Positions 50,484 to 57,930 of a stretch of 64,000 nt of DNA are shown here, piece by piece. A program made the translations under genes and the position numbers. Numbering within the stretch: position 1 is the stretch's first letter; the number at the start of each line of letters is the position of its first letter. This DNA is from an uncultured beta proteobacterium (GTDB lineage Bacteria > Pseudomonadota > Gammaproteobacteria > Burkholderiales > Casimicrobiaceae): contig CAWESK010000024.1 of NCBI GenBank assembly GCA_963811685.1, positions 145,460 to 209,459 of the forward strand, in the 5' to 3' direction. The notes under the pieces are model-generated. The model was not told the DNA's origin. It ran no database searches and was given only the letters and a program-made list of their open reading frames with translations.

Positions 50484-50707
50484 GATGGTCCCCCATTCGG
50501 CCAATGACCAGCACGTCGATCCGGGCGCCGGCGGCACTCCTCGGCCGGCTCGGAAGGGTCGGGTTTCTCATGCATCCTCCTCTCGTCGTGACGTTCAAAC
50601 TTGTTTGGTGCAGTTCGCGCGCTTCGGCGGACGGTGGTCTGCTCTTGTTCTCCGGATCACCGCCCGGTCACTTCACCCGGATTTCCGCATCCCACCGATA
50701 CCCCGCC

Positions 50708-50723
50708 GTTGATCTAGATCAAC
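50708..50723. promoter_or_regulatory. Perfect 16-bp palindrome GTTGATCTAGATCAAC upstream of yjcH-actP (candidate operator)
   Basis: Read directly from the sequence. It is AT-rich relative to its surroundings and lies about 225 nt upstream of the yjcH ATG. Confidence 0.4.
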
Positions 50724-50867
50724 TCGGGACCGGACGAGCCGGAAACACGCTGCCGCCGAATCCCGGACACGTTATCCGACTTTCGCCGGCAGGACAAATC
50801 CGGTTGTCCGGACCGCACCGATGGCGACAAATCGAGCGAGGCTATGAATCGGCGCAACCGCACCAAG

Positions 50868-51663
50868 TCAATCTCTCCATTTGGGCTCGCGCTTCCCGAC
50901 AAACGCGTCGATCCCTTCGCCGGCGTCCGGCTCCAGCAGGTTGCAGGCCATCGCCTCGCTTGCCTGCTCATAGGCAGCGGCGAGCCCCCGCTCGATCTGG
51001 TCGTAAAACGTCCGCTTACCGAGCGCGATCACGCGGCGACTGCGGGCGCGGACGATGTCGGCGAAATGCTGCACCGCAATGTCGAGCTCCGTCGGCGGAA
51101 CAACACGGTTGACGAGACCCCACGCGAGCGCCGTCGGCGCGTCGATGAATTCCCCGGTCATCAGCATCTCGAACGCGCGCTTCTGCGATACGTTGCGCGA
51201 CGCCGACGCCCGGCGTGGCGCAGAACAATCCGAAGTTGATGCCCGATGTCGCGAAGCGCGCGTCGTCGGCACAGACGGCGAGATCGCAGGCGGCGACCAG
51301 CTGGCAGCCCGCCGCCGTGGCGATGCCGTGGACCTTGCCGATGACGGGTTGCGGCAGCCGCTGGAGCGAGAGCATCACGTCGCAGCAGCGCCGGAAAAGG
51401 TCGCCGATGAACGCCGCATTCGAGTTGGCGAGCATCTCCTTGAGATCGTGACCCGGGCAGAACGCGCGGCCCGCCCCGGCGAGGACGACGACGCGCACCG
51501 CGGCGTCGCCCGCGATCGCGTCGAGCGCCGATTGCAGCGCGGTCAGCATTGCGCCGTTGATCGCGTTGAACTGCGCCGGGCGGTTCAGCGTCAGCGTCGC
51601 CACGCCGCCCGCGTCCTCGCGCAGGATGAGCGGCTGGACGGTAGTCTCGAGCGGGGCGGCCAT
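50868..51663 (-). pseudogene. Enoyl-CoA hydratase/isomerase (crotonase) family, one frame change
   Basis: N-terminal frame: VVLAGAGRAFCPGHDLKEM...GIATAAGCQLVAACDLAV..GINFGLFCATPGV. C-terminal frame: SRNVSQKRAFEMLMTGEFIDAPTALAWGLVNRVV.... The change is near 51203 (GTCG-G-CGTCG). Confidence 0.8.
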
Positions 51664-51672
51664 CGCGGCGTC

Positions 51673-53313
51673 CTATTCGATCGCGCTCGTCGACTTCGCC
51701 TTGTCGCGAAGCACGAATTTCTGGATCTTGCCGGTCGACGTCTTCGGCAGCTCGCAGAAAACCACCTTCTTCGGCGCCTTGAAGCGAGCGAGATACTGCT
51801 GGCAATGCGCGATGAGCTCGGCCTCCGTGACCGCCGCACCGGGCTTCGTCTCGACGAACGCGCACGCGGTCTCGCCCCACTTGGGATCGGGCTGCGCGAC
51901 GACGGCGGCGGCGAGCACGGCCGGGTGGCGGTAGAGAACGTCCTCGACTTCGAGCGAGCTGATGTTCTCGCCGCCCGAAATGATCACGTCCTTCGACCGG
52001 TCCTTGATCTTCACGTACCCGTCGGGCTGCATCACCGCGAGGTCACCGGAATGGAACCAGCCGCCGGCGAAGGCTTCCTCCGTGGCGGCGGGATTCTTGA
52101 GGTAGCCTTTCATCGTGATGTTGCCGCGGAACATGATCTCGCCCATCGTCTCGCCGTCCCACGGCACGGGATGCATCGTCTGCGGGTCGAGCACGGTCAT
52201 CCCCTCCTCGACCGTGTAGCGCACGCCCTGGCGGCCGTTGCGCTCGGTGCGCGCGCCGATGTCGAGCGCGTCCCATTCGGCATGCTTCGCGCACACCGCC
52301 GCCGGGCCGTAGGTCTCCGTCAGCCCGTAGACGTGCGTGATGTCGAAGCCCATCCGCTCCATGCCCTCGATCACCGCCGCCGGCGGCGCCGCCGCCGCGA
52401 CGAGGCCGCTCACCTTGTGCGCGATGCCTTCCTTCAGCTCGTCCGGCGCGTTGATCAGCATCCCGTGGACGATCGGCGCACCGCAATAGTGGGTGACCTT
52501 GTGCGCGCGGATGGCGTCCAGCACCGCCTTCGCCTCGACGCGCCGCAAGCAAACGTTGACGCCGGCGTTGGCGGCCATCGTCCAGGCGAAGCACCAGCCG
52601 TTGCAATGGAACATCGGCAGCGTCCACAGGTAGACCGCGTGGCGCGGCATCCCCCAGTCGATGATGTTCGACAGCGCATTGAGATACGCGCCGCGATGGT
52701 GATAGACGACCCCCTTGGGATTGCCGGTCGTGCCCGACGTGTAGTTGAGCGAGATCGCGTCCCACTCGTCGGCCGGGTGCCGCCATTCGAATTCCGGATC
52801 GCCGGCAGCGATGAACGCCTCGTAGTCCAGCTTGCCGAGCCGCTTGCCGCCCGGACCGAGCGGATCGACGATGTCGATCACGAGCGGCCTCTCGTCCGTC
52901 TGCGCGAGCGCCGCCTCGACAATCCCGGCGAACTCGGTGTCGGTCACCAGCACCTTCGCCTCGGCATGTTTCAGCATGAACGCAATCGTCTCGGCATCGA
53001 GGCGCGTGTTGAGCGTATTGAGCACGCCGCCCGTCATCGGAACGCCGAAATGCAGCTCGACCATTTCCGGCGTGTTGGAAGCCATGACGGCAACGGTGTC
53101 GCCCTTGCCGATGCCGGCGCGGACGAGGGCGGACGCGAGGCGACGGCTTCGCGCATAGGTTTCCGCCCAGGTGTAGCGGCGATCGCCGTGAATGACCGAC
53201 AGCCGATTCGGATAGGTGTACGCGGTGCGGGCGATGAGCGACAGCGGCGTCAGCGGCGTGTAGTTCGCGGCATTGCGGTCGAGGTCGCGATCGTAGGGTC
53301 CGGAGCGGGGCAT
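51673..53313 (-). CDS. AMP-forming acyl-CoA synthetase (medium/short-chain type)
   Basis: 546 aa from MPRSGPYDRDLDRNAANYTPL. Motifs LNYTSGTTGNPKGV, VYGLTETYGP, WFHSGDL, PKTSTGKIQK. Confidence 0.9.
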   Translation of the reverse strand: MPRSGPYDRDLDRNAANYTPLTPLSLIARTAYTYPNRLSVIHGDRRYTWAETYARSRRLASALVRAGIGKGDTVAVMASNTPEMVELHFGVPMTGGVLNTLNTRLDAETIAFMLKHAEAKVLVTDTEFAGIVEAALAQTDERPLVIDIVDPLGPGGKRLGKLDYEAFIAAGDPEFEWRHPADEWDAISLNYTSGTTGNPKGVVYHHRGAYLNALSNIIDWGMPRHAVYLWTLPMFHCNGWCFAWTMAANAGVNVCLRRVEAKAVLDAIRAHKVTHYCGAPIVHGMLINAPDELKEGIAHKVSGLVAAAAPPAAVIEGMERMGFDITHVYGLTETYGPAAVCAKHAEWDALDIGARTERNGRQGVRYTVEEGMTVLDPQTMHPVPWDGETMGEIMFRGNITMKGYLKNPAATEEAFAGGWFHSGDLAVMQPDGYVKIKDRSKDVIISGGENISSLEVEDVLYRHPAVLAAAVVAQPDPKWGETACAFVETKPGAAVTEAELIAHCQQYLARFKAPKKVVFCELPKTSTGKIQKFVLRDKAKSTSAIE

Positions 53314-53389
53314 GAGGATCCAGAAGGACGTTGACGGGCAAGGGATGAACTTCTCCATGATACTGCGGAGCATCGCTGCTGCCGCTTGC

Positions 53390-53418
53390 TTGCCGCGTCG
53401 ACCCGCATCTCGTATGCT
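53390..53418 (+). promoter_or_regulatory. Sigma70-like promoter candidate for the adenosyltransferase gene
   Basis: TTGCCG, a 17-nt spacer, then TATGCT, about 43 nt upstream of the ATG at 53461. Pattern match only. Confidence 0.25.
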
Positions 53419-53460
53419 GCCCGGCCACCCCTCGACGCATCGAAAACGCGCGCGCACCCC

Positions 53461-54018
53461 ATGGGCCACCGGCTGTCACGCATCGTCACCAAGACCGGGG
53501 ATGCCGGGACCACCGGCTTGGGCGACGGATCCCGCGTGGCCAAGGACGCGCCGCGGATCGCATCGATCGGCGACGTCGACGAGCTCAATTCGACGCTGGG
53601 GCTGCTGCTCGCCGAAGATCTTCCCGCCTCGGTCCGCGACCTCTTGACCACCGTCCAGCACGATCTCTTCGACTTGGGGGGCGAGCTCTCCATCCCGGGT
53701 TTCGCGGCCGTCACCGATGCGCACGTGGAGCGCCTCGAAGCCGCCATCGAAACGTTCAATTCGGATCTTCCGCCGCTGAAGGAATTCATCCTGCCGGGCG
53801 GGACCCGCGGCGCGGCGCTTGCGCATGTCGCGCGCACCGTATGCCGGCGCGCCGAGCGCTCGCTCGTCCATCTCGCCGGGAGCTCTCCCGTCGGCGAGCC
53901 CAGCCGCCGTTACCTCAACCGCCTTTCGGATCTGCTGTTCGTGCTCGCACGCATATTGAATCGCACGGCGGGCGCAAGCGACGTGCTTTGGCAGAAGGGC
54001 CGCCGGTCCGGCGCCTGA
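53461..54018 (+). CDS. PduO-type ATP:cob(I)alamin adenosyltransferase
   Basis: 185 aa, MGHRLSRIVTKTGDAGTTGLGDGSRV...IGDVDELNS...QHDLFDLGGEL...ILPGG...AHVARTVCRRAER. Confidence 0.88.
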   Translation: MGHRLSRIVTKTGDAGTTGLGDGSRVAKDAPRIASIGDVDELNSTLGLLLAEDLPASVRDLLTTVQHDLFDLGGELSIPGFAAVTDAHVERLEAAIETFNSDLPPLKEFILPGGTRGAALAHVARTVCRRAERSLVHLAGSSPVGEPSRRYLNRLSDLLFVLARILNRTAGASDVLWQKGRRSGA

Positions 54019-54050
54019 CGCGCCCGTCATTGGTCACCGCGACCTGATCC

Positions 54051-54641
54051 GTGGCACCCTCCTCGCCCGACCGCAACGCCACTCTCGCGGCCCTGCTGGC
54101 GCGGACCGCGCTTGCCGATCAGCGGGCGTTTGCCGAGCTCTACCGGCATACGTCCTCGCATCTGTACGCAGTCGCGCTGCGTATCTTGAGGGAACCCGCC
54201 GCCGCCGAGGAGGTGCTGCAGGAGGCGTTCGTCAGCGTCTGGCATCACGCGGGAGGCTATACCGCCGCAAAGAGCCAACCGCAGACCTGGCTCACGAGCA
54301 TCGTCCGCAACCGCTGCCTTGACCGGCTGCGCCGGCGCGATCTCGACACGGTGACGCTGACCCGCGACAACGACGAGGAGACGGAGATCGACCTGCCTGC
54401 CGAAGGGCCCTCCGCGGTCGATCTCATGATCGCCGGAGCGGACGCGCAGTCCGTCCGCGACTGCGTGCAGGCGCTCGAGGGCGGGCAGAAGCAGGCGATC
54501 GCGCTGGCCTTCTTCCAGGGCCTTACTCACGCTGAGCTTGCGCGCCAGCTCGGGGAGCCGCTCGGGACGGTCAAGTCGTGGGTGCGGCGCGGTCTCGACC
54601 GCCTGAAGCAGTGCCTCGAGCGCGGAGGCTACGTCCGATGA
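54051..54641 (+). CDS. ECF-type RNA polymerase sigma factor
   Basis: 196 aa with a GTG start. Region 2 (FAELYRHTSSHLYAVALRILREPAAAEEVLQEAFVSVW) and region 4 (QKQAIALAFFQGLTHAELARQLGEPLGTVKSWVRRGL). Confidence 0.9.
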   Translation: MAPSSPDRNATLAALLARTALADQRAFAELYRHTSSHLYAVALRILREPAAAEEVLQEAFVSVWHHAGGYTAAKSQPQTWLTSIVRNRCLDRLRRRDLDTVTLTRDNDEETEIDLPAEGPSAVDLMIAGADAQSVRDCVQALEGGQKQAIALAFFQGLTHAELARQLGEPLGTVKSWVRRGLDRLKQCLERGGYVR

Positions 54642-55357
54642 ATCTGTCGCGCCCCGACCGTTCGGCGCGCCTCGACGCGCTCGCGGCGCAATACGCGCTC
54701 GGCACGCTGCCGGCTCTCGCGCGGCGGCGGCTTGCCGCCATCGCACGAAGAGACGCGACGGTCGCAGCCGCAATGCACGAATGGGAATGGCGGCTCGCCT
54801 CGCTGGCGGAAGCCGTTCCGGGGATCGCTCCCGCACCGCGCGTGTGGGCCCGCATTGCGCTCCGCCTGGGGCTCGAGACGGCTGCGGCGGGCCAGACTCC
54901 ACCGACGTCGTGGTGGGCGAGCGTGTCGCTCTGGCGGGGCCTCGCGCTCGCCGGCTTCGCGCTGGCGTTCGCGCTGGGAGTCACGTTGCTGGCCCCGGCG
55001 CCCGAGCGCCCGGACGAGCGAATCGTCGTGCTGCTCGCCGGCCAGGATGCGAAGCCGGTCGTTCTCGTGTCGGCCGACCGCGGCGGGCGGTTCCTGACGG
55101 TCAAGGCCGTCGGACCGATGAACGTCCCCGCGGATCGCTCGCTCGAGCTGTGGGCGTTGCCCGAAGGCCGAAACCCCCGGTCGCTGGGGCTCGTGCCGGC
55201 AGCGGGCGTTGCCCGCCTCCCCCTCGCGGCGCCGGCCGATGCCGCATTGCAGGACACCCCCGCGCTCGCGGTCAGCCTCGAGCCGGTGGGAGGCTCGCCC
55301 ACCGGCGCGCCGACGGGGCCCGTGCTCTACACCGGCGGCGTCCAGCGCCTGTACTGA
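54638..55357 (+). CDS. Anti-sigma factor with a C-terminal RskA (anti-sigma-K) domain
   Basis: The ATG overlaps the sigma-gene stop (ATGA). N-terminal anti-sigma helices, one TM (WRGLALAGFALAFALGVTLLA) and an RskA-type C-terminus (LELWALPEG..PRSLGLV...LAVSLEPVGGSPTGAPTGPVL). Confidence 0.85.
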   Translation: MNLSRPDRSARLDALAAQYALGTLPALARRRLAAIARRDATVAAAMHEWEWRLASLAEAVPGIAPAPRVWARIALRLGLETAAAGQTPPTSWWASVSLWRGLALAGFALAFALGVTLLAPAPERPDERIVVLLAGQDAKPVVLVSADRGGRFLTVKAVGPMNVPADRSLELWALPEGRNPRSLGLVPAAGVARLPLAAPADAALQDTPALAVSLEPVGGSPTGAPTGPVLYTGGVQRLY

Positions 55358-55377
55358 CGATTCACCTCAACAAAAGC

Positions 55378-55404
55378 GAAGGGCCGGGACGAACCCGGCC
55401 CTTC
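55378..55404. terminator. Hairpin terminator between the convergent anti-sigma gene and small-protein gene 1
   Basis: GAAGGGCCGGG-ACGAA-CCCGGCCCTTC, a perfect 11-bp stem. On the minus strand it is followed by GCTTTTG. Confidence 0.7.
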
Positions 55405-55454
55405 TCGCGGCACCGTCGGGGGAGCGACGGCGACCGCGGGGGGACGAAATCGAG

Positions 55455-55724
55455 TCAGCCTGCCTGCGAGCGGCGGCCGACGACGTTGACCGGCTCGAGG
55501 CTCACCGTGCGGACCGGCGTTGCCATGACATCGAGGTGCGCCGGGACGATCGAGACGGTAACGGCGGAGGGTGACATCGCAATCGTGGCGTCGTCAGGAC
55601 AGGCCGGGCAGCCCGTCGCGAGACCCATCGGCAGGATCACCGATACGGCGAGCGTGACGGCGGACAGCGCGGCGGCGGCGACCCCGAAGGCCGGCCGGAA
55701 CGTCGAAGGTTGGTAGCGGTTCAT
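55455..55724 (-). CDS. Small membrane-anchored protein, MNRYQP paralogue 1 (89 aa, contains CPAC)
   Basis: ATG at 55724 lies 7 nt after AGGAG. Sequence: MNRYQPSTFRPAFGVAAAALSAVTLAVSVILPMGLATGCPACPDD...VSLEPVNVVGRR... Third codon positions are GC-rich. Confidence 0.7.
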   Translation of the reverse strand: MNRYQPSTFRPAFGVAAAALSAVTLAVSVILPMGLATGCPACPDDATIAMSPSAVTVSIVPAHLDVMATPVRTVSLEPVNVVGRRSQAG

Positions 55725-55757
55725 CGTGTCACTCCTGTGTTGTCGTGTCTCAACCCT

Positions 55758-55786
55758 TGGATGCGGCAACGGCGGATTCCGGATTC
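55758..55786 (-). promoter_or_regulatory. Promoter-like box GAATCC-N17-CATCCA upstream of paralogue 1
   Basis: GAATCC at 55786->55781 and CATCCA at 55763->55758, about 34 nt before the ATG. Confidence 0.45.
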
Positions 55787-55902
55787 AGTCGCCGTTGGGT
55801 CGCGCAGGATTCGATCCGGCCTGTTGAAGCGAATCCTAGGCGGCGCCTTGGCTCCCCTCAATGGGCAAGCGACGAACCTCCCGAATAGCGGCGCAAAGCA
55901 AC

Positions 55903-55931
55903 CTGATGCGCGACAAGCCGTTCCCGGATTC
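55903..55931 (-). promoter_or_regulatory. Fourth copy of the box (GAATCC-N17-CATCAG) with no ORF of its own
   Basis: GAATCC at 55931->55926 and CATCAG at 55908->55903, located between the paralogue 2 terminator and the paralogue 1 box. Confidence 0.3.
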
Positions 55932-55944
55932 GATACCCGGTACC

Positions 55945-55984
55945 CAAAAAGGCGAAGGGCCGAACGGTTGCCGTCCGGCCCTTC
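55945..55984 (-). terminator. Rho-independent terminator after paralogue 2
   Basis: On the minus strand: GAAGGGCCGGACGG-CAA-CCGTTCGGCCCTTC (14-bp stem with one mismatch), followed by GCCTTTTTGGG. Confidence 0.75.
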
Positions 55985-56041
55985 GGGTCCTCCGCGCCGG
56001 CCGCCTGGGGAGAGCGCCGGTCGCGGGAGGTTCGACTCGCG

Positions 56042-56272
56042 CTAGCCGCGCGGATTGCGGGTGGGCGACGCGGCGACGTCCGTTTCACGTACGCCGACGA
56101 TCTCGATCGGCATGAGCTCGACTGCGCTGGCGTGCGCGCCGGTGAGCGGCGTGGTGTCGCCGGTCGCCATCCGCGCCGGGACGCCGACGGCGACTGCCAT
56201 CGTGAGCATCGCCAGGGCAAGTGCGGCGGCGGCAAACGCGGTGCGGAATTCGAGCGGCTGGTAGCGGTTCAT
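56042..56272 (-). CDS. Small membrane-anchored protein, MNRYQP paralogue 2 (76 aa)
   Basis: ATG at 56272 lies 6 nt after GGAG. Sequence: MNRYQPLEFRTAFAAAALALAMLTMAVAVGVPARMATGD...VELMPIEIVGVRE... Confidence 0.7.
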   Translation of the reverse strand: MNRYQPLEFRTAFAAAALALAMLTMAVAVGVPARMATGDTTPLTGAHASAVELMPIEIVGVRETDVAASPTRNPRG

Positions 56273-56301
56273 GAGGGCTCCGTGGGAGTGGCGATGATGA
56301 T

Positions 56302-56330
56302 GAGATGTGGCGGCGGCGGGATTCGGATTC
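56302..56330 (-). promoter_or_regulatory. Promoter-like box GAATCC-N17-CATCTC upstream of paralogue 2
   Basis: GAATCC at 56330->56325 and CATCTC at 56307->56302. A second GAATCCGAATCC copy lies at 56346->56335. Confidence 0.4.
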
Positions 56331-56382
56331 ATCGGGATTCGGATTCGCGGCCGGCGCCCGACTTGCCGGGTACCGCACGATT

Positions 56383-56628
56383 TCAGACGCGCGGCTTGTT
56401 CTGCCGTCCGGCGACTGTGGTGTCGCGCATGCCGATCACGTCGATCGGCGCGAGAATGATCGCCACGTCAATCGCCCTCGTCTTCGCCGCGGCCGCAAGC
56501 GCGGTATCGTCGCCGGCCGGCGCGAGGCTCGACGGCACGCCCACCGCAAGGATGAACGTGAGCGCTGTCATCGCCGCCGCCGCGAACGCGACGAACGGGT
56601 GAAACCGGCGTGGCTGGTAACGGTTCAT
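56383..56628 (-). CDS. Small membrane-anchored protein, MNRYQP paralogue 3 (81 aa)
   Basis: ATG at 56628 lies 7 nt after AGGAG. Sequence: MNRYQPRRFHPFVAFAAAAMTALTFILAVGVPSSLAPAGDD...IILAPIDVIGMRD... Confidence 0.7.
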   Translation of the reverse strand: MNRYQPRRFHPFVAFAAAAMTALTFILAVGVPSSLAPAGDDTALAAAAKTRAIDVAIILAPIDVIGMRDTTVAGRQNKPRV

Positions 56629-56663
56629 GGTCGGACTCCTGTTTCCTCGAGCATTGCAGTCGT

Positions 56664-56692
56664 TGGATGCGGCATCCCGGGATTGCGGATTC
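56664..56692 (-). promoter_or_regulatory. Promoter-like box GAATCC-N17-CATCCA upstream of paralogue 3
   Basis: GAATCC at 56692->56687 and CATCCA at 56669->56664, about 35 nt before the ATG. Confidence 0.45.
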
Positions 56693-56916
56693 GGCTTTCC
56701 GCGATTTGTTTCGTGGCGGTTGCCCGTTGCCGTCAGGATGCATCGTAGGCAGCCGCAATGACACGCTCAAGACACAAGCGACGAAGCGTCCGATTGACGG
56801 GGTGAAGCCGAGCGCTGCGCGATGAAACGCACGGGCCGCATGGTCGACTGGGGTCGCAGGCGGCCGTAACACGACCGCCGATGCGCGCGACCTGCGGCGT
56901 GATGTCGGCGCGGAAT

Positions 56917-57930
56917 TCAGCCGGACTTGCGAACGGCCTGGTCGATCGCGCCGAAAATCGTGCGTCCGGCGCCGTCGAACATCTCGATGCGGACGGAATC
57001 TCCAAAACGCATGAACGGCGTGTGGGCTTTGCCTTCGAGAATCGTCTCGACGGTGCGCTGCTCGGCAATGCACGAGTAACCGATGCCGCCGGCGGCTGCG
57101 GGACGTCCGGGTCCCCCTGCTTCCTTGTTCGACACCGTGCCGGAGCCGACGATGCTGCCCGCGCGGAGCTCGCGGGTCTTCGCGACATGCGCGATCAGCG
57201 CGGGGAACGAAAACGTCATGTCGACACCGGCATTGGGGCGACCGAACAGTGCGCCGTTGAGATGCGTGACGAGCGGCAGGTGCACCTTGCCGCCGCGCCA
57301 GGCGTCCCCGAGCTCGTCCGGCGTGACCGCGACCGGAGAGAACGCACTGGCCGGTTTCGACTGGAGAAAGCCGAAGCCTTTCGCGAGCTCCGCCGGGATG
57401 AGGTTGCGCAGGCTGACGTCGTTGACGAGCATCAGGAGCCGGATGTGCCGCGCGGCTTCCGCTTCGTCCGCACCCATCGGCACATCGCCGGTGACGACGG
57501 CGACTTCGGCCTCGAAGTCGATGCCCCATGACTCGTCGGCGTGCACGATGTCGTCGCCCGGACCCAGCATGGCGTCCGACCCCCCTTGGTACATCAGCGG
57601 ATCGGTCCAGAATTCCGGGGGCATCGCCGCGCCGCGCGCCCGGCGCACGAGCTCGACGTGGTTTACATACGCGGAGCCGTCGACCCATTGGTATGCGCGC
57701 GGCAGCGGCGCCAGCGCGCGCTGCGGCTCGAACGTGGTCGCATCCGGCAGCCGTCCCGCGTCGAGCTCGGTCGCGATCGCAGCCAGCGAAGGCGCCGCCA
57801 GGTTCCAGTCGTCGAGCGCGCCCTGCAGCGTGCGGGCGATCTCGGGAACCGCGACGCAATGCGCGAGATCGCGCGAGACCACGACGAGCTCGCCATCGCG
57901 AGTGCCGTCGCGACGGGTCGCGAGCTTCAT
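56917..57930 (-). CDS. Fumarylacetoacetate hydrolase (FAH) family protein
   Basis: 337 aa from [21 protein letters not shown]. The ATG overlaps the cysS TGA (ATGA). FAH-type C-terminal domain (..[13 protein letters not shown]...[10 protein letters not shown]...). Confidence 0.85.
   Translation of the reverse strand: MKLATRRDGTRDGELVVVSRDLAHCVAVPEIARTLQGALDDWNLAAPSLAAIATELDAGRLPDATTFEPQRALAPLPRAYQWVDGSAYVNHVELVRRARGAAMPPEFWTDPLMYQGGSDAMLGPGDDIVHADESWGIDFEAEVAVVTGDVPMGADEAEAARHIRLLMLVNDVSLRNLIPAELAKGFGFLQSKPASAFSPVAVTPDELGDAWRGGKVHLPLVTHLNGALFGRPNAGVDMTFSFPALIAHVAKTRELRAGSIVGSGTVSNKEAGGPGRPAAAGGIGYSCIAEQRTVETILEGKAHTPFMRFGDSVRIEMFDGAGRTIFGAIDQAVRKSG

Noticed and set aside
53314-53460. Cobalamin riboswitch upstream of the PduO-type adenosyltransferase gene
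   Set aside because: The leader is only about 147 nt. I cannot find a B12-box-like element or the conserved core helices.
56273-56332. His-rich N-terminal extension (MNPNPAAATSHHHRHSHGAL) of small-protein paralogue 2
   Set aside because: The extension overlaps the promoter-like box and has no SD. It is not shared by the other two paralogues, which start at MNRYQP. The internal ATG at 56272 has a GGAG at the right distance.
56321-56346. Tandem GAATCCGAATCC repeats as a CRISPR array or microsatellite
   Set aside because: Only two 12-nt copies are present, separated by 4 nt. There are no spacers of CRISPR size and no cas genes. They are better explained as duplicated -35-like promoter elements.
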